From an uncultured Verrucomicrobiae bacterium (GTDB lineage: Bacteria; Verrucomicrobiota; Verrucomicrobiia; Chthoniobacterales; Chthoniobacteraceae), in the NCBI GenBank assembly GCA_963769025.1, contig CAVYKI010000003.1, positions 512,001 to 576,000 of the forward strand: DNA of 64,000 nt. Direction: 5' to 3'. Each line of letters starts with the position of its first letter. The stretch's first letter is position 1. The position numbers and the translations under genes are program-made. Below are positions 41,957-55,260 of the stretch, one piece after another. The notes under the pieces were generated by a model. It had not been told where the DNA came from. It saw only the letters and a program-made list of their open reading frames with translations, and ran no database searches.

Positions 41957-43633
41957 GTGGCCGGTCTGCGCGCTGCCTCCTGTGCGCTGCTGATGTGCGG
42001 CGGTCCCGCATACGCGGCGGACCCGGTGCTGACTCATCTGAATCCCGTCGCCGGACAGCAGGGCACGACAGTCTCCGTCACGGCGGCCGGAAAGTGGGAC
42101 GCATGGCCGCCGCAGGTCTGGGTGGATGCGCCCGGCATCACTTTCAAACCCGGCAAGACGGCGGGGAAATTCGACGTGGAGATCGCAAAGGACGCCGCTC
42201 CGGGACCGCACCTTGTCCGGCTTTTCGACGCAGGGGGCGCATCGGCTCCGCGCTTTTTCATCGTCTCGCGCGAACCGCAGACTCTCGAAGCCGAGCCGAA
42301 CGACGAATTCCGCGCGCCGCAGAAAATCGCAAGCCTGCCCGCGACGATCAGCGGCCGGCTCGACAAGGCCGGCGACGTGGATTCGTTCGCCGTGACGCTG
42401 AAGCGCGGCCAGACGCTCGTCGCGCGGGTCGAGGCGTACGTGCTCGCGTCCACCTTCGACGGGATGCTCCGCATCACGGACACCGACGGCAACGTGCTCG
42501 CCTTCAATCACGACGGCCGCACGCTCGATCCCTTCCTCGCGTGGACCGCTCCGCGCGACGGCACGTTCGTCGTGCAGACGATGGGCTTCGTGTATCCGGC
42601 CACCTCCGGCGTGGGCTTCACCGGCGGCGACGGCTGCGTGTATCGGCTGCATCTCACCGCCGGGCCGTTTGTGCGCCACACGCTCCCGCTCGCCATCGGC
42701 CGGGGAAAGAAGACACCTGTGGAACTCATCGGGTGGAATCTCGCTTCGCCACACGCGGAGATCGACGGCACACGTTTCGCCGCGGAGACGACGACCGCGG
42801 AACTCGGTCTGCCGGGTGTCGCCTCCGACATGCCGGTGACGATCAGCGACATACCCGAGATTTTGGAAAAGGAACCAAACGACACCGCCGCCACGGCACA
42901 GGCGGTCGACGTCCCAGTCGGCATCTCGGGTCGCATCCATCGCGCGAACGACGAGGACCGCGTCGCGTTCACCGCCGTGAAAGGGCGTGCCTACGCGTTC
43001 AAGGTGACGGCGTCACGCATCGGCTCAACGCTCGATGCGTGGCTGAGGATCGAAAACAAGGACGGCAAGCAGCTCGCGACCAATGACGACGCGGGCGGCT
43101 CTCGCGATCCCGACCTCACGTGGACGGCGCCGGCTGATGGCGCCTACACGGTCGCCATCGGCGACGTCTCCCACCACGGCGGCGATGATTACCTCTACCG
43201 CCTCGCGATCACCGAGGCCGCGCCATGGGTCACGGCGACGCTCGCCGTTCACTCGCTCAGCGTGCAGGCCGGGAAGACCTCCGAGCTGAAGGTGACCGTC
43301 AAGCGCACGAACGGGTTCAAGGTGAAGCTCCAACTCGCGGCAAAGGATCTCCCGGAGGGCGTGACCGCGCCGCCCGTGGATGTGCCGGACAAAGACGGCG
43401 AGGTGACGTTGAAAATCATCGCCGACGTCATGACCAAGACCGCGAGCCAGCCGTTCACCATCGTCCTTCGCGAAACGGAGTCCGGCACCGAGCACGCCGC
43501 GCGATTTTTCATGACGACCGGTTCGGAAAACAACGGCGTGCCGCAGGGCCACACGGAACTGTTCATTTCCTCGACCGATCATCCCTGGCTCACCGTCCTC
43601 ACCGAGCTGGCGAAGCCCGAGCCGAAAAAGTGA
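41957..43633 (+). CDS. PPC (pre-peptidase C-terminal) repeat protein
   Basis: GQQGTTVSV; EAEPND and EKEPND repeats; GDVDSF; NDDAGGSRDP; FTAP.DG.Y-type motifs. Confidence 0.8.
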   Translation: MAGLRAASCALLMCGGPAYAADPVLTHLNPVAGQQGTTVSVTAAGKWDAWPPQVWVDAPGITFKPGKTAGKFDVEIAKDAAPGPHLVRLFDAGGASAPRFFIVSREPQTLEAEPNDEFRAPQKIASLPATISGRLDKAGDVDSFAVTLKRGQTLVARVEAYVLASTFDGMLRITDTDGNVLAFNHDGRTLDPFLAWTAPRDGTFVVQTMGFVYPATSGVGFTGGDGCVYRLHLTAGPFVRHTLPLAIGRGKKTPVELIGWNLASPHAEIDGTRFAAETTTAELGLPGVASDMPVTISDIPEILEKEPNDTAATAQAVDVPVGISGRIHRANDEDRVAFTAVKGRAYAFKVTASRIGSTLDAWLRIENKDGKQLATNDDAGGSRDPDLTWTAPADGAYTVAIGDVSHHGGDDYLYRLAITEAAPWVTATLAVHSLSVQAGKTSELKVTVKRTNGFKVKLQLAAKDLPEGVTAPPVDVPDKDGEVTLKIIADVMTKTASQPFTIVLRETESGTEHAARFFMTTGSENNGVPQGHTELFISSTDHPWLTVLTELAKPEPKK

Positions 43634-43741
43634 CGCCGACTTTGGCCTGAGGAACATCGGTGCCTCGGCCGGTCTGGAGATGGGGAATTGCACGCGTCAA
43701 CGCGACAGGCATACGGTCACGGAAACCTGAGCAATCTCCCC

Positions 43742-45215
43742 ATGCGCATCCTTTACTCCATCGCGATCGCGCTGATCGCCGCCCGTTCATTTGCAGCCGA
43801 GATCCCCCTGCCCGATCAGGCCCGCGTCGCGCTGGAAAAGGCTGACGGCCTACATGCGTTCCATCTCCACCGAGGGCGGCTACCTCTGGAAATACTCGCT
43901 TGACCTCACGGAGCGCGCCGGCGAGGCGAAGGCGACGGCGACGCAGGTGTGGATTCAGCCGCCGGGCACGCCGACGATGGGCATGACATTCCTGCGCGCC
44001 TACGAGGCGACGAAGGATGCCCGCCACCTCGATTCCGCGAAGGCCGCGGCGGACGCCCTCGCGAAGGGGCAGTTGGAGTCCGGCGGATGGGACTATCTGA
44101 TCGATTTCGACCCGGAGAAAATGAAGCTGTCCTATCTCCGCAGCGACGCCGGGAAAATTTCGCCAAGTGAGATCGCGAAACGGAAGAACGTGACCACCTT
44201 CGACGATAACACGACGCAGAGCGCACTGCAGTTCCTGCTCGCCATCGCGGACATGATGAATGGCGAAGGCGATGCCCGCGATGCGCGCATCCGTGAGGCA
44301 CTCGGCTACGGGCTGAAGAAAATGATCGAGGCGCAATATCCGAACGGCGCGTGGCCGCAGCGTTGGCGCGGTGAAGCGCACTCGGTGGCGGATTTTCCCA
44401 TCGTGAAGGCGCGCTACCCGGAGAACTACCCGCGCGAGCATCCCAAGACGAACTACCACGCGCATTACACGCTCAACGACGACACGCACATCGACTGCAT
44501 CTCGACGATGCTCGACGCATTCCACCGCACGGCGAAGCGCGAGTGTCTCGAAGCGGCGAAACGCGGCGGCGATTTCCTGATCCTCGCGCAGATGCCCGAG
44601 CCGCAACCCGTCTGGGCGCAGCAATACAACGCGCAGATGGAGCCCGCGTGGGCGCGCGCATTTGAGCCGCCGAGCGTGTCAGGAAACGAAAGCGCGGGCG
44701 CGATGCAGGCGCTCTTGGATCTCCATATCGAGACCGGGGAAGAAAAATTCCTGAAGCCGCTGCCGGCGGCGATCGCGTGGTTCAAGCGCAGCGAAATCGC
44801 GCCTGGAACATGGGCACGGTACTACGAACTCCGGACGGACAAACAGCTCTTTGGCGACCGCGACGGGAAGATCTACTACCGGCTGCAGGACATCACCGAA
44901 GAGCGCCAGCACGGCTACTCATGGCAGGGCGACTACCGCGTGCCTCGGATCCTCGCATTCCACGAGAAGCTCCAGCAGAAGGGACGCGAGGCATTGCTCA
45001 AGGAGCGCGACGCAAAGGGTGCGAAGAAAAAAGCGTCCTCGAAATCCCTCGAGCCACGCGTGCGGGAGATCATCGCCTCGCTGGACGAAAATGGGCGCTG
45101 GGTGACAAAGGGCCAGCTCAAGCGCCGTGGCTCGGAGTTGGACGACTTCGTGGAAACGGAGGTCTTCACGAAAAACGTCCGCGTGCTCTGCGACTACCTC
45201 GAATCCGCGAGATAG
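43742..45215 (+). CDS. Pectate lyase (PL10/PelA-like; frameshift near 43850)
   Basis: TTFDDNTTQ, AQYPNGAWPQ, YTLNDD, WAQQYN and PAWARAFEPPS. Confidence 0.8.
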
Positions 45216-45326
45216 GAACGGAGACAGAGTGCCGCGGCTTTCATGCCGCCCCGGCAAGCCACCCGACGTGCCGGCAAAAAGCCGACTCGTAGGCGTGTCG
45301 GTGGCGGGTTGTTATCAGGGCAATCC

Positions 45327-48300
45327 ATGAACTTCCGCCCGGCACTCGTCCCTTCGTCCGCGATGATGGCAGTGATGTGTTTTGGCAGCGCCAGTGCGGT
45401 GGATTTCGAGAGAGAGGTCCGCCCGATTCTCTCCGAGTACTGCAACACGTGTCACTCGACGACAAAACAGAAGGGCGATCTGGATTTGGAGCGGTTCACA
45501 TCGATGGCCGAAGTGAAGAAGCATCCGCGGATTTGGGAAGGAGTGCTGGAGCAGCTCGCGAGCAAGGAGATGCCGCCGACGAAGGAGCCTCAACCGTCCG
45601 GAGAACAGAACGCCACGCTGACGGCGTGGGTGCAGGCAACGCTGGATGAAATCGCGCTGGCGAATGCAGGTGACCCGGGACCGGTGGTGCTGCGGCGGCT
45701 TTCGAATGCGGAATTTACCTACACCATCCGCGACCTCACGGGCGTGCCGGCGCTCGATCCCGCACGGGAATTTCCAGCAGATGGAGCGGCAGGCGAAGGC
45801 TTCACCAACGCGGGCGCAGCGCTCGTGATGTCGCCCGGCCTGCTGGCGAAGTATCTCGATGCGGCCAAGGAGGTCGCGAATCACGCGGTGCTGCAACCGG
45901 ATGGTATCCGCTTTTCCCCGCACACGACACCGCGCGACTGGACGGACGAGACGCTTGGGAAGATCCGCGAATTCTACGGGCGCTTCAGCGAGACCGGCGG
46001 CGCGACGCCCGTGAATCTCCAAGGCATCAAATTTGACACGAATGCCGGAGGGCGGCTGCCGTTGCAGAAATATCTGGCGGCGACCCTCGAAGAGCGGGAC
46101 GCGTTGAGCACAGGAGCGAAGAAGATCAGCGCCGTGGCCACCGAACGCGGACTGAACGCGAAGTATCTCGGGCTGCTGTGGGGGATGTTCCAAGACACGA
46201 AACCCTCGCTGGTGCTCGATTCACTCCGCGCGAAGTGGCGCGACGGCAAACTCACGGCGGCCGACATCGAGGCATGGCAGCAGTCGCTGTGGCGCTTCGC
46301 GAGCGTGGGGCACATCGGCAAGAAAGACGGACCGAAAGGCTGGCAGGAACCGGTGACACCGCTCGCTGCACAGCATGAAATGCGCGTGAAATTGACGGCT
46401 CCCACGGATGGTCGCGACGTGACCGTGTATCTCTCCGCCAGCGATGCCGGCGACGGCAGCGCGCATGACTTTGCGCTCTGGGAAAATGCACGCCTCGCGG
46501 CCAAGGGGCGGCCGGATGTCAGCCTCCGCGATGTACCCGGGATGGATCGCGCCCTGTTCGGGCGGCATCCGGACGGCAGCGAGGTCGCGGCGACGTCGAT
46601 CTCCGTGCAAGCGCCATCGGTGCTCGAAGTGCGTGTGCCAGCATCGTTCGCAAAGGACGCCGAGCTGGTGGTGACAGGCCGGCTGCATCCCTCCGGCGGC
46701 CCGGAAGGCAGCGTGCAGATGCAGGTGCTGACCTCAAAGCCGGACAGCCTTTCCAGCATCGCCGCGAGCAAGGCGGAATCGGCCACTGCGAAAGGCCAGT
46801 GGTCCGACAACAACCTGCGCACCAGCTTCAGCGCACCGGTGCTCGTGAACGACGGGAGCGCAGCGCGGCAGCGCTTTGAAACGGCGTTCGATGACTTCCG
46901 CGGGCTGTTTCCCGGCCGCGCTCTGCTACACGAAGATCGTGCCGGTGGATGAAGTCGTGACGCTCACGCTTTTTTATCGCGAAGACGAGCAGCTGAAGCG
47001 GCTGATGCTCGACGATGCGCAGTCGGCGGCGCTCGACCGGTTGTGGGATGAGTTGCGTTTTGTCAGCGAGGCGCCGCTGAAGCAGGTGGATGTGTTCGAG
47101 CAGCTCTATCAGTTCGCCACGCAGGACGCGAACCCGAGCGCGTTCGAGCCCATGCGCGAGCCGATCCTGCAGCGGCGCCGAGGCATTCAAGAAGCGGCTC
47201 ATCGCAGTCGAGCCCGTGCATGTGCAGGCTGTGCTCGAGTTCGCGCAATCGCGCCTGGCGGCGTCCGCTGACCGACGGCGGAGCAATCGCGAGTTGCGCG
47301 CGCTTTACCAGAAGCTGCGCGCAGCAGGAACTGCCGCACGCCGCCGCCGTGCGCATGCTGCTCGCCCGGGTCCTGGTCGCACCGGCGTTCCTGTATCGCG
47401 GTGAAAGGCCGGCGCCCGGACCTGAACGCCACACCGGTGAACGACTGGGAGCTGGCGACGCGCCTGAGCTATTTCCTCTGGTCCTCCGCACCGGACGATG
47501 AACTGCGCGCGCTCGCCGCATCCGGCACTCTGCACGATCCCGACGTGCTGACCGCGCAGATGCGCCGCATGATGAAGGACGACAAGGTCCGCCGCGCTAG
47601 CGACCGAGTTTGGCTGCCAGTGGCTGCACGTCCGCGACCTCGAAACGCTCGATGAAAAGAGCGAACGGCATTTCCCGACATTCGTCGCCCTGCGCAGCGC
47701 ATATGCAGGAGGAAGTCAGTGCGTTTCTTCATCGATCTGTTCCAGGAAGATCGTTCCGTGCTCTCGCTGCTCGATGCCGATCACAGTTTCGTGAACGGCG
47801 CGCTCGCGAAGCACTACGGCATCGACGTCGAAAGCCGACGACTGGCAGCGCGTCGACGGGCTGCGCGCCCGAGGCCGCGGCGGCATCCTCGGCTTCGCCG
47901 GCACGCTCGCCAAACAAAGCGGCGCCTCGCGCACCAGCCCCATCCTGCGCGGCAACTGGGTCAGCGAAGTCGTGCTCGGCGAGAAGCTGCCGCGACCGCC
48001 GAAAGGCGTGCCCGTTCTGCCCGAGGAAGCGCCCGCAGGGTCTCACCGAACGGCAGCTGATCGAACGCCACAGCAGCGACGCGCAGTGTGCGAGCTGCCA
48101 TCAGCGCATCGATCCTTTCGGCTTCGCGCTCGAAGGCTTCGACGCCATCGGCCGGGCCCGCACCAAGGACGCGGCGGGCCTCGCCATCGACACCCAGGCG
48201 AAGCTGGCCGACGGCACGGAAATCGACGGGCTCGACGGCCTCCGCACCTATCTTCTCAGCGATCGCCGCGACGATTTTCTGCGCGCAGTTCTGCCGCAAA

Positions 48301-48475
48301 CTCCTCGGCTATGCCCTCGGACGCAGCGTGCAACTTTCCGACAAACCATTGCTCGACCGCGATGCTGGCCCAGCTCAACGCGACCGATTACCGTGTCGGC
48401 ACCGCCATCGAGCTGATCGTCCACAGCCCGCAGTTCCGCGAAGTGCGCGGGCGGGATTTCGACACGCAGCAATAG
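45327..48475 (+). CDS. DUF1587/1592/1588/1585 planctomycete cytochrome c protein (multiple frameshifts)
   Basis: [62 protein letters not shown] and LLGYALGR. Confidence 0.85.
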
Positions 48476-48509
48476 CTCCGCACCCACCGCATCAACGCAA
48501 CGTCCTCCC

Positions 48510-49844
48510 ATGAATATTCATCACCACTCACGCCGCGCCTTCCTGCGCGGCATGGGCGTCACCATGGCCTTGCCGTGGCTGGAGTCCTTCAACGTCTGGG
48601 GCGACGAACCGCGCCGCAACAAGCCCGCAAGCGAAGCGCCGGTGCGGCTCGCCGTGCTGTTTTCCGGCAATGGTTTTCACTCCAAGGAATGGTGGGCGAA
48701 GGGCGAGGGCAAGGCGATGGAACTCGGCAAGGTGCTCGCGCCGCTGAGCGATTTCCGCGAGAAGCTGCTCTTCGTGCGCGGCCTCTATCACGACGAGGCG
48801 CGGAAGGGAAACATCCACAGTTCGCAGACGGGCAATCTGCTCTCCGGCGCTCCGATCGCCTCCGGCGGCGAGATTCGTTCGGGCACGAGCTTCGACCAGG
48901 TGCTCGCGCAGACGTATGGCCGCTCGACCAAGGTGCCGAGCCTCGTGCTGGCCTGCGAGCGGTCGAATCCCGTCGGTGCACAAGAACTACTCGATGCTCT
49001 ACAGCTCGCACATTTCGTGGAGTTCGCCGACCACGCCGACGCCGCTGGAGCTTTATCCCGCGCTGGCGTTCGACCGGCTGTTCAAGGACGAAGTCGCGCC
49101 CGGCGACAGGAGCGTGCTCGATGCCGTGCTGGCCGATGCCCAGGACCTGCGCCGCAACATCAGCACGCAGCGATCAGCGCAAGCTCGACGAATATCTCGA
49201 CTCCGTGCGCGACGTGGAAAAGCGCATCGAAAACGCCGGCAAGCGCGGCGAACTGCAAGGCTGGCGGCCCACGCTCGACAAGCCGAACATCGCCCGCCCC
49301 GCCGACGGCATCCCGCAGGACATCGGCGAGCACATGCGGCTGATGTGCGACATCCTCGTGCTCGGTTTCCAGACCGACACCACGCGCATCACCACGCTGA
49401 AGCTGAACAACGATCACAGCGCGCTGCGCTTCCCGAATCTGCCGAGCGTGCAGCAGGCCGGGCCACGGCATCGACTACATGATCCATCACCTGCTCTCGC
49501 ACACCGACGGCGACGACTGGCTGAAGGTGAACCAGTTCTTCATGGAGCAGACTCGCCTACCTCGCCCGCAAGCTCGACGCCATCCAGGAAGGCCCGCGCA
49601 CGTTGCTCGACAACACCATGCTCTGCACTGCTCCAGCATGATGGCCGGCGCGAAGCACGACAACGACCAGCTCCCGGTCATCCTGCTCGGCGGCGCGGGC
49701 GGACGCATCAAGGGCGGCCGCGTGCTCGACTACAAGGACAAGCCCGAGCGCCAGATCTGCCGACTGTTCATGTCGATGATGGACAAGATGGACGTGCGCC
49801 CGAAGACCTTCGGCGATGCGAAGGCGCCGCTGGAGGAAGTTTAA
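48510..49844 (+). CDS. DUF1552 protein (multiple frameshifts)
   Basis: SRRAFLRGMGVTMALPWLES, SFDQ, ISWSSPTTP, KLDEYLDSVR and FQTDTTRI. Confidence 0.88.
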
Positions 49845-49877
49845 GGAACCAGTTGGCTCCAAGCGCGCACCGCCCGC

Positions 49878-51333
49878 TCAGGCGAGGAGCGCCTTCACGA
49901 CTTCGCCGGCGACGTCCGTGAGGCGGTAGTCGCGGCCTTCGTGGCGGAAGGTCAGCTGCTTGTGATCGACGCCGAGGAGGTGGAGCAGCGTGGCGTGGAG
50001 GTCGTGCACATGCACGGGATCGCGGACGATGTTGTAGCCGAAGTCGTCGGTCTCGCCGTGGACGTAGCCGCGCTTGATGCCGCCGCCGGCCATCCAGATC
50101 GTGAAGCAGCGCGGATGATGGTCGCGGCCAAAGCTGTCCGGCTTGATCTCGCCCTGGCAGTACGCGGTGCGGCCAAATTCGCCGCCCCAGATCACGAGCG
50201 TGTCGTCGAGCAGCCCGCGCTGTTTCAGATCGGTGATGAGCGCGGCGGCGCCCTGATCGGTCTCCTTGCACTTCGTCGGGAGACCCTTCGGCAGGCCGCC
50301 GTGGTGATCCCAGTCGCGATGGCAGAGCTGGATGAAGCGCACGTCGCGCTCGGCGAGGCGGCGGGCGAGCAGGCAGTTGTTGGCGAAGCTGACGGCTTGC
50401 CCGGCGTCGCGCCGTAGAGGTCGAGCACTTCCTTCGGCTCCTTCGAGATGTCCATCAGTTCGGGCACGCTGGTCTGCATGCGGAAGGCCAGTTCGTAGTT
50501 CTCGATCTGCGCGGCGATCGCCGGATCGCCGAGTTCGCCGAGCGCGACGCGGTTGAGCTCGTTCGTCGCGTCGATGAGCTGGCGGCGCGTGGTGCCGCTC
50601 ATGCCCGGCGGATTCGAGATGAAGAGCACGGGTCGCCGGCATTGCGGAACTGCACGCCGCCGTACTGCGCCGGCAGGAAGCCGCTGCCCCAGTAGCGCGA
50701 CTGCAGCGTCTGCCCGCCGCCGCCGCTGGTCAGCACGACGAAGGACGGCAGGTCGCGATTCGTCGCTGCCGAGGCCGTAGGCGAGCCACGCGCCCATCGT
50801 CGGGCGGCCCGGCTGCTGGTTGCCGGTGGCGAAAAAGGTGACGGCCGGATCGTGATTGATCGGATCGGTGAAGATCGAGCGGACGAAGGTGCAGTCGTCC
50901 ACGATCTTCGCGAGGTTCGGCAGCAGCTCCGAGATGTCCATGCCGGCCTTGCCGTACTTCGCAAACTTGAACGGCGATCCGACGCAGAACAGGTTCTTCT
51001 GCCCGCTCGTCATCGTCGGTGATGCGCTGGCCCTTGCGGACGCTGTCCGGCAGATCCTTGCCGGTCATCTCGGTGAGCTTCGGCTTCGGATCGAACAGAT
51101 CGAGGTGCGACGGCGCGCCTGACATGAAGAGGTAGATGATGCGCTTCGCCTTCGGCGCGAAGTGCAGGCGCTTCAGCGCACCGGGCACGGCAGCGCCAGT
51201 GCCGGCGTCCATCGCGAAAAGATCCGGATTCAGCAGCGAGGTCAGCGCGAGCGCGCCGAGACCGGTGCTGCTTTGCTGGAGAAAAGTGCGGCGCGTGATG
51301 CGTGCGGCGCTGTTCGGGCGTGAGTTCGTCCAT
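49878..51333 (-). CDS. DUF1501 protein (frameshifted)
   Basis: [45 protein letters not shown] and RLTDVAG. Confidence 0.9.
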
Positions 51334-51337
51334 GGCG

Positions 51338-54300
51338 TCAGTTCGAGATCGTTTCGTTCAGGTTCAGCAGGACATTCGCGACCGCCGTCCACGCGGCGAG
51401 CTCGCTGTCGTCGACGTCCGCGGGCTTCGGCGAGGTCGCCGACTTTCACCAGCGCCGCGGCCGCGGCCTTGTCCTGCGTGTAGGTCGCGAGCTGCGTTTC
51501 GAGCGTCGTGCCGAGGATGGCGATTTCCCTGTCCGTCGGCGGATCGCGAGAGCGCAGTGCGCCAGGCGAAGCGCAGCCGCGCGGCATCGTCGGCTGCCGC
51601 CTTCCTTGAGGATGCGCTGCGCGAAGGCGCGCGCAGCTTCGACGAAGACCGGGTCGTTCATCAGCACGAGCGATTGCAGCGGCGTGCTCGTGCGTGCGCG
51701 CTGCGCGCTGCAAAACTCCCGCGTCGGCGCGTCGAGCGTGATGAAGGACGGATAGACCGTCGAGCGGCGCCAATAGACGTAGAGCCCGCGCCGGTAGAGT
51801 CTCGTCGCCCTTCGACTTTGCGTACTTGTAGCCGCTCATTTCGTTGATCTCCCAAGTGCCCGGCGGCTGCGCGGGCTTGAAGCTTTTGCCGCCGAGCTGC
51901 GGATTCAGAATGCCGGCGACCGCGAGCGCATTGTCGCGGAGAAACTCGGCGTCGAGCCGCTGGCGCGGGCCGCGCGCGAGCAGCCGGTTCTCGCCGTCCT
52001 TTTCGAGGAGCTTCGGCGAGACCTTCGCGGACTGGCGGTAGGTCGCGCACATCACGATCTGCTTGAGCGCGCGCTTCACGTCCCAGTCGCGCATGAAGTC
52101 CGCGGCGAGCCAGTCGAGCAGCTCGGGATGGCTCGGCCATTCGCCCTGCGCGCCGAAGTCGTTCACCGTCTTCACGAGCCCGGTGCCGAAGAGCATCTTC
52201 CAAAAGCGGTTCACCGTCACGCGCGCGGTCAGCGGCTGCTCCGGCGAGACCAGCCAGCGCGCGAGGTCGAGCCGCGTGTAGCGCTCGCCATTCGCCGGCT
52301 GCGCGGCGAGCTGCGGGAAGAAACGCAGGCGCGGCCGGGCTGACCTTCTCGCCGTTCTGGTCGTACTGGCCGCGGACCTTGATGAAGGTGTCGCGCGGCT
52401 TTTCCATCTCGGACATCACCATCGTGTTCGGCATCGTCTTCTCGAAATCGCCCTTCGCCTTCCTGAGGTCGGCGACCTTTTTCTGCGCTTCGACGAAATC
52501 GACCGCCTGCGTTTCGCGGAAAAACTTCTGCAGCTGCTGCTTCTGCTCCGGCGTGCGCTTCGCGGCGGGGATTGCGGCGAGCTTGCAAGGTCTCGACGCC
52601 GCCGAGCGTATGCGATTTCGCCGGGCGTCAGCGCGCGGCTCGTAGATGCGGAGGTCATCCACGCGCCCGTTGAACGGCGGCCCCGCGCTGCCGCGGCGTC
52701 CGATGCTGAACGGCTCCGGCGTCTTGATCGTGCCGGTGAGCTTGTCGGCCTTCACCGCGGTCTTTTCCGACTGCCCGTTCACGTAAAGCTTCACGCCCGC
52801 GGCCTTGCCCGAGCCGTCGTACGTCACGGCGAAATGCAGAAACGTGTCCGCCGGCAAGTCGCGCTCGCCCTGCACGTGGATGGCGTTGTCCGGCCATTGT
52901 GGATGAGATGGACGCTCGGCTTCGTGCCGTGAAACTCCACGTCCCAGCCGCGCAGTCGCGCCGCCCTGCTCCATCTTGCCAAAAGGCGAGCCGCCCTGCG
53001 GCTTCAGCCGCAGCCAGGCCGCAGCGGTGAAAGGCTGGTCCCGCTCAAACCCGAACTGGTCGCCGTATTCGATCCAGCCCTTCCCTTCCACGCGGAAGCT
53101 CTGACCCACCGCGCCTTCGACGAACGTGCTCTCGCCTTTCAACTCGCCGTCGATTCTCTGCCCCGTCGCCATCCAAGCCGTTCGCCATCGGCATCGAGCG
53201 CGAAATCTCGACCACGGGCCCGTCGGGCTCGCGCTGCCTGCGCCGTCCGCGCCGACTTCCTTTTCCCACTCGGCCTGCCGCGCATCGAGCGTCTTCGAGA
53301 GTTCCGCGACGGCTTTCTCCGCGGCCGCCGTGTCCGCGTCGAACTTCGCGAGCTGCTGTCTTCTGCTCCGGCGTCGGCACGAGCAGGAACGGCTTCGGAT
53401 TGCGATCGCGCACGCCGTCCTTCCCGGTCTCCGGGACGTTGTGGAAGAACGAGTAGAGCTGGTAGAACTCGCTCTGCTTGATCGGGTCGTATTTGTGGTC
53501 GTGGCACTGCGCGCACCCGACGGTGAGACCGAGCCACGTCGTGCCCGTCGTCGCCACGCGATCGACGACGTAGAGGTTCAGATACTCCGCGTCGATCAGC
53601 CCGCCCTCGTCGCTCGTCATCACGTTGCGGTGGAAACCGGACGCGATCTGCTGATCGATCGTCGCGTTCGGCAGCAGATCGCCGGCGAGTTGCTCGATGG
53701 TGAACTGGTCGAACGGCATGTTCGCGTTGAACGCCTTGATCACCCACTCGCGCCAGAGCCACATGTCGCGCAGCGAATCGTTGTGGTAGCCGCTCGTGTC
53801 GCCGTAGCGCGCGAGGTCGAGCCACGGCACCGCGAGCCGTTCGCCGAAATGCGGCGACGCCAGCAGACGATCCACGACCTTCTCGTAGGCATTCGGCGCG
53901 GTGTCTTTCAGAAATGCGTCCACCTCCGCGAGCGACGGCGGCAGCCCCGTGAGGTCGAGCGAGACGCGGCGGATGAGCGCGGGCTTTTCCGCCTCGGGCG
54001 AAAGTGCGAGTCCCTCCTTTTCCAGTCGCGCGACGACGAATGCGTCGATGGGAGCCAGCGCTGCGGAGTTCGGAGTTCGGAGCGCGGGAAGCGCCGGCAC
54101 CTTCACCGGCTGAAAGGCCCAGTGACCCTGCCACTGCGCGCCTTCCTTGATCCAGCGGCGCAGCAATTCCACCTGCACGGGCTTGAGCCGCTTGTGCTCC
54201 TTCGGCGGCGGCATCTGCTCATCCTTGTCCGACGACGCGATCCGCCGGAGCACCTCGCTCTTCTCCGGGTCGCCGGGAACGATCGCCCTCTCGCCGGACT

Positions 54301-54505
54301 CCGCCTTCCCAAACGCCGACTCCTTCTCATCGAGCCGCAACCCCGCCTTGCGCTTGGCCGTATCGGGCCCGTGGCAGGTGAAACAGTTCTCCGAAAGAAT
54401 CGGCCGCATATCGCGGTTGAAATCGATCGCGGACGGCACCTCCGCGAACGTCGTGAGCGCGAGCGTGGTGAAAGTCAGCGCAGCGAGGGAAAGTTTGTCG
54501 GTCAT
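51338..54505 (-). CDS. Cytochrome c + DUF1549 + LamG-like + DUF1553 protein (frameshifted)
   Basis: [31 protein letters not shown], LamG-like [15 protein letters not shown]...[14 protein letters not shown] and LNLNETI. Confidence 0.88.
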
Positions 54506-54615
54506 CGTGATATCGGAACGAATCAACAGGCACGGGCCTCCCGATATCTTAGCCGTATTTCATCGTGAAGACAGCGCCCGCGCACTGGCAGGCAGGCGCG
54601 CCAGCCTGGGGCCTG

Positions 54616-55260
54616 CTAGAGAATGACGAAATCCAGCCCTTGATTGGCGGCCAGCGCGGGTGCGATGGCGCTGGCGCTGAAGAGGCGAATGTCGGTGTCG
54701 GCGCTGTTGCCCGCGTACGTCACCGTGCGGGAGCATGCGGTGCCCAGATCCGCGGATGAGGGAAGCGCGTGGTGCCCAGCGAGAGATGCCGTGCGGTGAA
54801 ATGGTTTCCGCCCTGCGCGATGATGTTGTCGGTGAAGTGCGCGCTCGCCCACACAGCGACCGGGCCCTTGCCGGCTTGGAGAACCTTGCGGAGCGCAGCC
54901 AGTGATGTGTCGTCGGCCGCGATCCGGGCGAATGCATTCCCACGGACCTGGAGGGTGCCTGCGGCGGCGGTAAATTCGATGGAGCCCTTTTTAAGGAGGG
55001 CGCTGAGCTTTTTGAGTTCATCACTGGTGAGCGGCTTGGAGGCGGGCAGTCCGCCGAGTGTCACAATGCCGGCGACCTGATTGTCCACGAGCACTGCTGT
55101 GGCGCCGAAATCCCGCAACGTGAGCGCATTTCCGACGGTGACGGTTGCGGCGCTGGCGGAGCGGATTCCCGAGAGACGGGAAGCAAGCGTGGGGCTTCTC
55201 CGACCGCCTGGATGACGTTGCCGCAGACGGTGACGCGCGAGGCGCCAGCGACGCTGAGGA
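54616..55260 (-). pseudogene. C-terminal fragment of a beta-helix-like protein (possibly eCIS-associated DUF6519-type)
   Basis: No start codon; V..N repeats (VTVCGNVI, VLVDNQV, LQVRGNAF, FTDNII, TYAGNS); internal frameshifts; fused directly to the sheath fragment. Confidence 0.4.
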
